Positions 13,139 to 25,100 of a stretch of DNA of 64,000 bases are shown one piece after another. Within the stretch, counting starts at the first letter, position 1, and every line of letters begins with the position of its first letter. Under the pieces are notes generated by a model. It had not been told where the DNA came from, made no database searches, and worked only from the letters and a program-made list of their open reading frames with translations. Both the position numbers and the translations under genes were made by a program. Source of the stretch: Amoebophrya sp. A120 (taxonomy: Eukaryota; Protista; Dinoflagellata); contig CAJINV010000005.1 of the NCBI GenBank assembly GCA_905178155.1, forward strand, positions 6,594,153 through 6,658,152, given 5' to 3'.

Positions 13139-16100
13139 ATGCACCAAGAACAGCAGGGGCCTGCTCCCAGGATCATGGAGACCGGTACCATGACTCCTGA
13201 GGGCAAGAACACCGCGTCGTCATCTGCTGATGCTTCTACAAGCGGAAAAACCGGGCCAGAGCGGGAGGAGCAAGAAGTAAAGAATCCGAAGCTGCCAGCA
13301 GAACTAGAAGTACATGTACACCAGCCGCAGAACAACAACGGGGCTACAGCTACCACCGTAGAGAGTACACTAGTAATAGAGGGCGCAGCGGCGCGGGCCC
13401 CTGGTCCGAAGCGAGAAAATGGTGCTGAACAAGAACAAGCCGACACTTCCTCCACCGGAGAAGTTGTTGTCACGAGGTCTACTGCAGGAGCCGAAGCGGG
13501 GGCGGCCACAGCTGGTAGCACCGCGCCAGAACCACCGACGGCTGCAGAAGGAAGCACGAGTGGTGTGGCCGCGGCACCATCTACTGCATCAAGTGCAACA
13601 AGTTCTGCAACTCCTTCATCACCGCACCACGCGCAAACCGCCTCGGAGTATTTCTACAAAAGGGACTTGGAATATGACAGTGCACAACTCCCCCTCCCGC
13701 TCATTTGTATAGCATGAACGGCAATACACGCATCAGCAAGAATGCCGGTTTTGCATGACAAATTTGCACTGGATTGTAGTGCAATTGGGGCCAGCAGAAC
13801 CTGGTCATGCAAACAGTGCCAAGAGGTAACGGGCGGATTGGGTATTTTGCATGACAAAGGAGGGGGAGGGGGAGTTGTGCGCTGTCATATGGAAATCAAG
13901 AATTCCAGCCCGCTGTTCCACAAAGTCTCCTCTTTCGAGTTCGCAGAACTCGCGAAAGCGACGCTGCAGAAAGTTTCCAGCGAGAGCAACCCGGGACTCT
14001 TTGGGGGATCCGCGACAGGAGGAAGGGATTGTGGTAGTAGTGCCACTTCTCCCGGAAACCCGGTGGGAGAAGCAGAGGGTGTTCCTTCTTCCGGTAGTAC
14101 AACAGGAGGCGTGACTTCTATGGCAGAGACGGGTCTTCGTGGTGGACCATCAGCTAGTAGCACCTCTACTAGCCGCGGAAAAATTAACGAGAGTTATAAC
14201 GTGACCACTTTACTCCGTGATGATTTCACGCACCGGTGCTTTGTGGCGAACAAGAAGCAGCAGATGGTGATCATCCGAAATCCGTATAACAACACCATGC
14301 AAGACGTGGAGCAGAGCAGCTTTCTCACCGTGGCTGCAGGGCCAGGTACTACGAGCAGTGGCGCGACAGGACAAGCAGTGGACGCATCTTCACATGGACT
14401 ACCACCAGGAGCTGGGGGCGCGGCTCCTGCAAGTAGTGCATCTTGTTTCAGTGGGACGACTTCCACCGGGACGACGCAACTAACACCAGGACATCAAGGT
14501 ACTACCACCGACAGCTCTAGTACAACTGGCCAGCCGCCAGCGCCAGTAGCTCTAGTACAACTACCGGTAGCTCTAGTACAACTGGCCAGCCGCCAGCGCC
14601 AGTAGCTCTAGTACAACTACCGACAGCTCTAGTACAACTGGCCAGCCGCCTATCGAAAAGAAAAAGTTCGTCACAGTCACAATTTTTCATTTTTCGAAAA
14701 ATTGAGAGGTGAAAAAAAAGAAATCTTCTGATGTGGAGGAAACGCGCGACCTTTTCCCCTTCGACTGCAAGGGCCTTGCATTTTGCAGAACTGGGGTGTG
14801 ACTATTTGCGGATCGGACCGCGACATAAGAGCTTTGGGGGCAGCGTGACAGGCCGAGGGAAGTACTGCCGCCGGCTTGCGCCATGTCAACCCGCAGGGGC
14901 CCCTGCGCGCTTCCCGCGCCTTTAGGCGCTATGCGCAGGGAGCAACTGCAGCGAAGCTTGGGGGCGAAGAAAAGCCGCCGCGACGTAGGTGCCGAAGCAG
15001 AACGGGGACCTCGCTGCCCTTTTTTGATCACTCTCCCGCGCCCGCCCATCTGATTCCCAGGCGGAAGCTGTGGGCGCGGGGGTGGCGCGAGAGGATGGCG
15101 CGAGAGGGTGGCGCGAGAGGGTGGCGCGAGAGGGTGCGGGCCGACGCATGAAAAAGCCCCAAAAGAATCGACCCTGTCCCGGGCGGATTCGGCTTCTTTT
15201 ACCCCTCTCGCAGACCCTCTTTTTCACCTCTCCCGAGAAGTGTTGCTAATAATCCGGCTATACTCGCCGGTAGAGGTCTACAGAGGTGGCCGAGAGGTGG
15301 CCCAGAGGGTGCGCGGGGGGTTCGCCCTTATTCGCGCAACCTCTCGGCACCTCTGTCCCCCTCTCGCGATTGCGAGCCTGTTGATTGCAGCGCGTTACCG
15401 CTCGCGCCACACCGGGAGGAACGCTCTGCCACACTGCCTCCATCAAGGTACTACCACCGACAGCTCTAGTACAACTGGTCAGCCGCCAGCGCCGGGCTCC
15501 AGTGCAACAGCTTCTAGTAGTACTTCTACATTACCTTCCAAAGCCGACCTCACCGTGTACGCGGTCCACCAAATTGTGTGCGATGAAGCGGTATCAACTG
15601 TAAAAGTGTCTGGGTCTGGAACATTCTGACACTTGTCATGCACGTTTTGCATGAGCCCTGATCGATCTGTGATATGCATGCCCTAGCGTCACAGATTTTT
15701 TCAGAGCTTCTTGATGCCTATTCCGCATCACAAATGCCCTCGCCGCGTAGCAAAAATTACATTCCTTTTCGTACTCATGCAATACAGATTTTTCTGGAAT
15801 CCAAATGCAGCATGACAAGTTGCACTCTTCCAGACCCAGACATTTTTACATTTGATAAGCGGTGATCCAAGCGCGGAGGCGGTCACAGGAGCTTGGGTGG
15901 CGAAAACGGTCCATCCTGTCGAAGGAACTGACAAAGGGGAATGGTTTGAGAAACCGGAACATTTTGTTAAACGTATTGAGAGGAAAAATCTCTCTCCCCA
16001 TATTGAAGGGGTATGTCTCCGGAAATTTGTGTTGGTGATTTGAGGTCACAAATCACATTGGTCTCGCAAGAAGACAAGGGCAGAAGCTTCCGCCATATTA

Positions 16101-19100
16101 TTGACGCGGTTTGTCATGCCGTTGGGCCTAAAGGGGGGCCGTTTGCCATGCTGAGCAACTAGACGCATACGCCCCCAGCTAGCCTGGGGATCTGGCCGCA
16201 ATGCCTTTCTGCTAATCCAGCATCAGAAATTTCGTTTTGATATGGGCAGGGGGGATTTTTCCTTTTGATAGAGCGGAAGGCAAGTTGTGATGGGTACTAG
16301 TGCCACTACTTCTCCTACGAACAACATGGGAGGGGGCTCGCAACTACAGTCCGCTTCTTCCAAAGAGAACAGCGCGACCGCCTCGGAAGTTGCGTCCGTG
16401 GACCTCGTGCGGAACAGCAGCAACGAAAGTCACAGCAGAAGTTCTGCGGGGCAGCAGCAGGTGGCGAGTAGTTGTTCTGCAGGCAATGACAAGGAGGTTG
16501 GTGCTACGACAGTCGATGCTCCACCTCTTCAGGGATCAACATCCGCACGACCCACGCAGGACGCCGGAATCTTGAAGGGGCTGCAATCAACATCATCACC
16601 ACCGGATGCAACATTGCCAGCAGAGCAGAAGGTTGCTCCAAGCGCTGTCGTGCAAGAAATTGCGCAGAAGCAAGAAAAAGGAGAGGTTGCGCAGGAACCA
16701 AAGGAACTTGCCGCTGCTGCGCCGGTGCAAGAGACGAGTGTTGAAACAAAAATAGCACCCTCTGCAGAAGATGACGAACGAGATCGCGCACTGATCCTGC
16801 AACAACCTGGAACGGCGTCGGGACCATCGAATAGTTCTGTGGCCACAAGAACAAGCGGAGTACTTCTTGGTGAGGCGCAAGAACATGTAGCAGGAGGCCG
16901 CGTTGAAGCTAGTGGAAGTGCGGAAAACGACCACCGCACCTCCGTTTTGGAAGTACAACCTTCAACATCCGGGCCCACAACAGTCGCTGCTTGTGCCGCT
17001 CCTGGAACGAAAGACCAAGAGCCATCCGGAGTAGAGCGCGGTGCAGAGGGAGTTCTAGTGGGACGAGAAAATGCTGATCTTCATGTGGGCCATGGCGTGA
17101 AGATTGACGAGATCATCGTCCACAAACCTGTCCTCGGCCATATCCAAAACGGGAATATCAAAAGAGACTACAGCCAACGCGAGCTCTTATTTCCCCCGGC
17201 AAGAATCAGCACTGACGATACGAGAAACAAAAACGAAAATTCTACAAGTTCCAGGCCGACAACCCCTCACGTTGTCCCGCGCTTTCCCGAACGGCATTCC
17301 GAAGTGAACATGTACGTCGTGCAGCATAACTTCGACTTGGAGTGGCAGAAGTCAGATTCGGTTTCCAACCATTCTTCCCACCTGAACAACAACGGGAATA
17401 ACAGCTCGGCGGACGGGATAGACTCGTTGTTAAACAGCTGTCCCGCCGAGGTGGAGAGCTCGCAACAGAATTCGCCGGTTTTGTCGCGACAGGTGACCGC
17501 CAACACGTCCGGTGGCGGCAACAGCTCCCGGTCGGTGTCCCGGCAGTTAACCGCCAACAGCAACACAAGTTTTCCCCGGGCGTCGCTCGTGGCCGGGTGT
17601 ACGATCGAAGACCAGGAGGAACAAGAAAATGTCGCGTTCAACCTACTTCCTGCCCGGGGAGGCAAGATCAGAACGAAGCAGGAAGAAGAAGAACTGCAGG
17701 GGGCTAATATTGCCAAAAATGGAACAAAAAGTTTTGATACTGCTAGTACAACCGAAAGAACGTCAATAGCCACACCTAGTACGTCACCCGATCACGCTTT
17801 TGCCGCTAATCGAGCAAGCAGTCGGTCGCGACTAGGTGCAGCTCCCGGGGAGACATCAATTCTACACCAGAATGGGGCTGCAGCTAGTTCGTCTGTAGCG
17901 ATCCCAGAGCACCGAGAGCAGCTGGAGCAGCACTACGGAGAGCAGTTTTTAATGCAACACCGTCCGGCGCACCATTTCCACGGGAGTAATGGCTTAGTTT
18001 CGCAACATCATGGCGACTCGTTGTACCACTACACCTCGTATCAAATGCAAAAATGTCGGGGGCTGGAAGAATTGGAACTTGTGATGCTGTCTATGGATTC
18101 TAAGAAAATCTGCATTGCATGACCAGCAAGAGGAGTCCAGTTTGTGCTACGCGGAGACTGCGTTTCTCATGCGGAATAGGCATCAGAAAACCCTCTCAAG
18201 ATCTGTGACGCTAGGTCATGCATTACAGGCGTCGCCGGTCCTGCAAAATATGCATGACAAAGCTGGAGATCTTCCAGACCCAGACATTTTTGCATTTGAT
18301 ACCTCGCAACTCTCCAGCGGCCAGCAGACTTCAAACTCCCTGAATTGGCAGACCTCGGGGTTTCAAAGCACGTATGTCATCACCCGGGAGCAGGCGAACG
18401 TGACGAGGAATTCCAATTTTTCGTCCGGGGATCAGGAGCAGAATTTGAAAAATTGTAATGCGGACGAGGAAGTAGAGGACAGCTACGAAATTTTTAAGGC
18501 CTTCGGAAGTAGGTCGGATGCTAACGCCGAGGTGCGAGAAGAAACGGGGCTGAACACGAAAAATTATACAAACACCCTGGTAGGAGGCAGTGGTGGCTGT
18601 GTTCCTGGTGGGAACAAGCATCCTGTGCAACAAACATCATCATCTTCATCACCACAGATTCCGAATTACAACACGACAGCAGCTGCTGGTGCAAGGACTT
18701 CTACCTTTCACGGGACAGTACTCTCTCCGGTGCTGCAAAGTCGGAGGACGACGGAAAGTTTGCTATCGCACAGCGCGGAGAGCAGCAGTTATGGGCAGCA
18801 GGGCCAGAAGCAGCTGGAACAACATCAAATTGTGCAGAAAGAGAACAAAGAACACCAGCAGGAAGGAACGGAACCACCGAGCCAGAGCGGGGCAATTCCA
18901 TTTATTCCACCGCCCAGTCGTGGAGGCGACGAGGAAGGAGATTATGCGACAACAGAACATGTTCATGGTCTACCAGCAATGCAACTACCTCCAACTTATA
19001 GTACACCGGCCGGCAGCACGCCCGCCGCATTAACCGCTGTCTCCTCCACTTCCACCGCAAGGCAGTGTTTGTCCTCCCGGAGGCAGTCGTTTACAAACAA

Positions 19101-22100
19101 CGCTGATTCCGTCGTTTCGTCCACCACTACCGTCGAACTGTTCCGCACGAGCGCGACGAATTCCCAAGCGCTCGGCGGGATGGCGCAGGCTTTCAGCGAA
19201 TTTCGGCGCGACCAAGAACTTCTTCTAAATGGGGAGCAGCACCAGCAGCAGCAGGTATTAGCGGCGTCTCCGCAGGGAGGAGAACAAGGGGTACTAGCCG
19301 GAGCCACTACTACGTCGGATCCAAATCGAAGTTTCGATGTGGAGAGCCATTCGCTGAGGTATGAGAGTGCACATAGCTCGCTCTCGTTCTCATTTCTTTT
19401 GCAAAACACCAATTCCACACTTTTCCTACTATGCATAACAGGTTCTAGCACGACCCCAACTAGCACTCGAATCCTGTCGTGTCGAAATTTGTGATGCAAA
19501 ACCTGTTGTATTCTGGCCGACACTTGTATTGCTGTTTATGTCATACAAATGACGGGAGAGGGAGCTATGTGCACTCTCATATGAGGACGTACGACAGTCG
19601 GAGAACAAGTACGACCAGCTATAGTAGGAGGACAACGCAGGGAGAACAGGAACAGGAGATTTATCGCCAGAAAAAACTGTTTCACTGTAAACTTGTAATG
19701 CAGAAAATGAAAATGTATCTCACAAGTGTTTGTCTTGCTACACATGCAAGACAGTGGATTTTTAGCTGTGTTTTCCCTTAGGAACCTTGCATGGTAAGTA
19801 AATTTTCTCTGTTATGTAGAACAAACTTGCGATGCAAAACCTGCAAAATCCTTACAGTGAAACACTTTTTTCGTACGATAGGATTGTAATGGAAAATATT
19901 AATCCTGAAGAGACTGGAATAGGACAGCAGGCGCCCTCTATGCATCGTCCAGCAGATATTAAGGAACGACAAGAAACAGAAAACCACGCAGGAACATCAA
20001 CGACCAGCAGTAGGCGCAACACAACAACAGGCAGTCGAAAAACCAGCATCATGCCGGGGAACAGTAGTACAACGAATCGAAACGGTATTGAAAGAAAAAA
20101 GTTCGTCACAGTCACTAATTTTCATTTTTTGAAAAAAAATCAGGGCAAATTTGATTTGATGGCCGAAAAAGCAACCAGCGTAAAAACTTCAGGCCTCGCG
20201 TGGCATGCTGAAGTCATGGCCTGGCTGCGTTTTGCGTGCCCGGGTTGTCTTGACTCACTGAAGCTTACCCGCTGCGCGGCTCCACAGCCCATTAGAGGGA
20301 AGGACACCTACCAGGAAACGGGGCAGACCGCGTGTCTTGGATTACACGGACCTAGCGCGCAAGTGGTCGCGCAGCGCCTCCATGGCCTTCCGCTTCTCCC
20401 TTGATAAAGCAGGCCGCCTTCGTTCCGTTGACCTGTTTTTCTCCGAGTGACTATGGCGCGCAAGAATCAAAATTCCCATTCTTGGCTTCATGCAGTCGGA
20501 AAGAGTTGGGGCTTTTGCGCATTCGCGTAAGATGCTTCTGCCTTTAGACAAGGTAGTTGACTGCCCTGGTCCGCCCAGTGACATGTGCCGCACTCAGCCC
20601 CGTGGTTTGGGTATTTCGTTAGAGGGGCGCGCGTAAATGCGTTGTCGTTCATAGCTGGCATATATTTTTCAAAAGTTCGTGGCGCAGTGGCTGCGCTAAG
20701 AATTCTTTGCGTAGCCAGGAAGGCGTAGGAGCTCTTGCGGAGGCATGCGTGCTTCAGCGCGTCTGCCCCGGAAATGGCTAGAATTCAGCTCCGTCAAGGC
20801 GTCGAGACTAGTTCTGCAAAATGCGAGGCCCTTGCAGTCGAAGGGGAAAAGGTCGCGCGTTTCCTCCACATCAGAAGATTTCTTTTTTTTCACATCTCAA
20901 TTTTTCGAAAAATGAAAAATTGTGACTGTGACGGGGGAATCCACATCATGCCGGGGAATAGTAGTACAACGAATCGAAACGGTAGGACTTCTACCTTTCA
21001 CGGGACAGTACTCTCTATCAAATGCAAAAATGTCTTGGTCTGGAAGATTCTGAGACTTGTCATGCACGTTTTGCGTGGGCCATGGTGTCTGTGATGCATG
21101 CCCTAGCATCACAGACTTTTTGAGGGTTTCTGGATACCTATTCCGCATGACAAATGCCCTCTCCGCGTAGCCAAAATTGCATTCCCTTTGCTGGTCATGC
21201 AATACAGATTTTTTTGGAATCCACATGCAGCATCACAAGTTCGGATTCTTCCGGACCCAGACATTTTTGTATTTGATACTCTCTCCGGTGCTGCAAAGTC
21301 GGAGGACGACGGAAAGTTTGCTATCACACAGTGCGGAGAGCTATGCACTGCACAAATGTCTGGGTCTGGAAACTTGTGATGCTGTTTGGCGAATCATGTG
21401 GACGCCTTCATTGACAGCCAAGCATGACAAGTTTTGGAGTTGCTATAGTGTTGCCTATCTGCATGACAAACTGCGTTTCTTAGACATCGTGTTTGTCATG
21501 CTGGACACACCAACCTTGCTGTTTTTCTGGCCATTTGCATGCTGGTCCCTGGACTTGGACGTTGGCACCACGATCGCAACCCCATTTTCCAAACCACAAT
21601 GTTTTTCTTCCCTGCTAGAAATTCGAGATGCCACCTTTAGGATGGTTTTTTCGGTAGGTGGGACTGTGTCATAGTTAGCTGCTTCGCGCCTTTTTTACTT
21701 TTTATTTCTGTTCCCTCGGTGCTAAGACACGATTATTGCACAGCGCTATTTCTACTCAGATAACAACAAAACTCACGCCGCAGGAGCCGTCCCAGGAGTT
21801 TCGGTTGTTGTCTCTCGGTAGCAATCGCGCTATTCAATTTTCTGTTTTTAGAGTTTACCGGGTATGCGGTTTCAAGTTTGTAGCTTTGGTTTATAAAAGG
21901 GACGCCCTGCCCTTAGTTTCCCAACATGACAAACTGCGTTTCTGCATGACAGAGAAGTGTGGCTTTTGTGTGGCGCGCATGACAGACTTGAGCGCCATGC
22001 TAGCTGTGCATGACAAACCCTGCATTCTTCCAGACCCAGACATTTTTGCAATCCATAAGAGCAGCATCATGCCGGGGAATAGTAGTACAACGAATCGAAA

Positions 22101-25100
22101 CGGTAGGACGTCGCACGACGCGCAGACTACAGGCTTCCTCAGACGAGAACCGAGCGGTCGCAGAGCTCATGAAGATCCCGTGACACACGACCACCGAGGG
22201 CTAGTAGATACGACACGTACAAGCAGCCCGATAAATAAGCGCGATGGAAGACTCGATGAATCAGACTGGGGAAATAATCCTCGCAATGTAGTTCCAGGCC
22301 GACCCCCGTCCACCCTACTGGTCGCGCCGGCGCCCACTCCCCGGCGCCAGGTTTCCACGAACAGCAACAGCAACTACCATATTACAATGAAAGATGCCCC
22401 CTCCCCATATCAAAACGGAAATCTGTGATGCAGATTTGTGGTCACAAATCAGCTTTGTGATGCTAGAAGGCAAAAGATGCGGACTGTAGTGCTGTCTAGC
22501 GTGGGAAAGCCTTGCAGCTCCAGGATGACAGGAGGCAACTGGAAGTGGGAAACAGCATGACAGATTGCCTGCAATTTAGGCCGCAGCTTCGTCTCTTGGC
22601 CTTCTAGCAATACAAGTCGATTTGTGTACTCAAATACAGCATCACAAATTCGCGCATCTTCTGTTTCCGATATGGGGTGGGGGCTTTTCTCACTTTGATA
22701 TACCAACTTTCCTCCCAGCCGTCTTCTAATTTGACCGCCACCTGGGAGCACGACGGGGTGCTGATAGGGGGTGCGGGCCACCAGGTGGTCGTGGGTAACA
22801 ATCCAAACTCCGAGGACAGTGTACAATCCATCATGCCGGGGAACAGTAGTACAACGAATCGAAACGGTAGGACGTCGCATGTCGCGCAAACTAGAGCCCA
22901 CCCGAGACAAGAGCCGAGCGGTGGCAAAGCGGATGAAGATGTTGATCCTGTGACACACGAGGACCACCGAGGGTCGTCACGAGATACGACCACACTTACT
23001 CCAGAAAGCAAACACGATGGAAGATTCTTTGATAAACAAGTCCGAGAAATAAATCCTCTCATCCCAGCCCGACCCCCGTCCACGACCCTACTGGTCGCGC
23101 CGGCGCCCACCCCCCGGCGCCAGGTTTCCACGAATAGCAACAGCAACTACCAACTTTCCTCGCAGTATCCTGAGTAAAAACGCCCCCTCCCCATAGTCCA
23201 GATGGCGAATCGGCTAGACAATTCCACAAGCTTTGGCTGTCTTGCATGACAAATTTGTACTCGTAGCGTAGTGCTGTTTGAGCTAGCTCAGCAGCGTCAC
23301 AGATCTAGTATATCATGCTGATTGGAGCATGACAAATCGCAAAACGCGCCTAGAAAATGCCTCTCATGGGGCTCCGCATGAGAAACATTTTCAGCATGCA
23401 GATTTGCATTACAACTATGGGGTGAGGAGGACGTTTTTAAATACGATACCCAGCCTTCTTCTAATTTGACCGCTACCTGGGAGGTGCACGACGGGGTGCT
23501 GATAGGGGGTGCAGCGGGCGGGGTCATCGTGGGTAACAATCCAAACTCCGAGGACCGTGTAGTTCTACTCGCACAGGAGAACAAGCCCAGTTCCTCGACA
23601 GTACTAGGAACAAGCTCTCCTGATGGTAAAACCATAAACGCGCTGAACAATAAGATCCCCCCGTCGACGTCAACGACATCAGGTCAGCAACACCAAAATC
23701 GCTACAACGCACGGGCGTCCGTTCCCAAAGATTTGTTTGCGATCGCGAAGGAATCGGAGAAGATTCAACTGAAGAACTCGTTGCGACGGGCACGATCTGC
23801 AAACGCCAGGAGCACGTCTAGCAGTTCCGCCAACCAGGTGCGGGCTGTTTACGCAACAGAACATGTTGGGGGTAGTAATGCTGGTTTTACAACAGGTTCA
23901 ACATCTCCACCGCGGCCCGCGACCGTGACAAACGCCAGCCGCAAAACGGTTGCGGACCTGGTCCAGGAAGTGGTCAACGAGAAAGGAAACTCGCCTTTGT
24001 CCAGCAGCGGTAGGTTTCTCTTTGTCAACCACAAAGAGGTGAATCGGATTCTCCGGTCGGCGGGAAAAATTTCGGAGAGCGGAACGTCCCGGAGCGGGGG
24101 GGAACAGGAAAATTATAAACAGCGCAGTGGAGCAGGAAATCTAGCTTGTTCCAGCAGTACTTTCAGCAGTAGGGAACACGACCATCACGGACAATTAGCG
24201 CAGGGTCGTGACGGTCGTGACCCGAACGTCATTCGCGAATCCGCTTCTGATAAGCTGGCGCACGACGGCCAGGAACCTGCCACGCCCGAGCAGCCAACGG
24301 ATCTTCAATCGCACCAGCACCAGCTTCATACCACTTCGGACGAGCACTACACTGAGTCGGATAAGAATTTGGACAACCATGATCATGTTGTCACCACACG
24401 GAAGCGGCAGATCTTCACCCCAACCGCGCGGAGAAACGTCAATGTGCCGGTGAAAATTACAAGTACAAACAGAAATAGCTCCTCCGTGGTCCACGTGGAT
24501 GAAAGTATCTCTTCGCCACCTCCTCCGAGTCGTGCGATGATGGTCCCAGCGGGCGCTATCGTAGACGGTTTCTATTCGTCTTCCTCCGAGCGCGCGTTCC
24601 TCGACGGCACGCACGACAGCTCCGGCCCCATTCCGGATTCGGATCACAGTGCTTTCCCGACCAGTGGCGAGACGACACTGTCCGCGGCGAATTCACCGGG
24701 GGATGTGCTGGGGTTGACGTGGCCTCTGAATGGAAGTAGCAGTTCGATGTACGGGTTTGGTGGCCCTGTTGTAGCAGGAAGTGGCCGCTCAGAAACCAGG
24801 TCGAAGTCGAAGGAGAAGCCGAAGACTGTGGTGCAAGACCACCACCGACGGGAGGGGGACTTTGACGACCTGCTGCTCAATTTTCATAACTATGCATTCT
24901 GCAAAAGTAGTGTTTCTACTCGTACTTCTCGTGCTGGAAATCGCAGTACTGCAAGGCATACGAAATGATCAACGCAAAATTTCTTATGCTGCTGTTTCTT
25001 GTATAAGGATCATACATGTGTCATGCGTGCTTGCATGCATAGAAGTCCGTCTACCAGTGCGATTACTTTTGCGTAGGATAATCCCTCCGAGTTAAATTCT

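Noticed and set aside
14651-20943. Transposase inside the long TIR elements
   Set aside because: No long ORF or recognisable DDE or tyrosine-recombinase motif in either copy.
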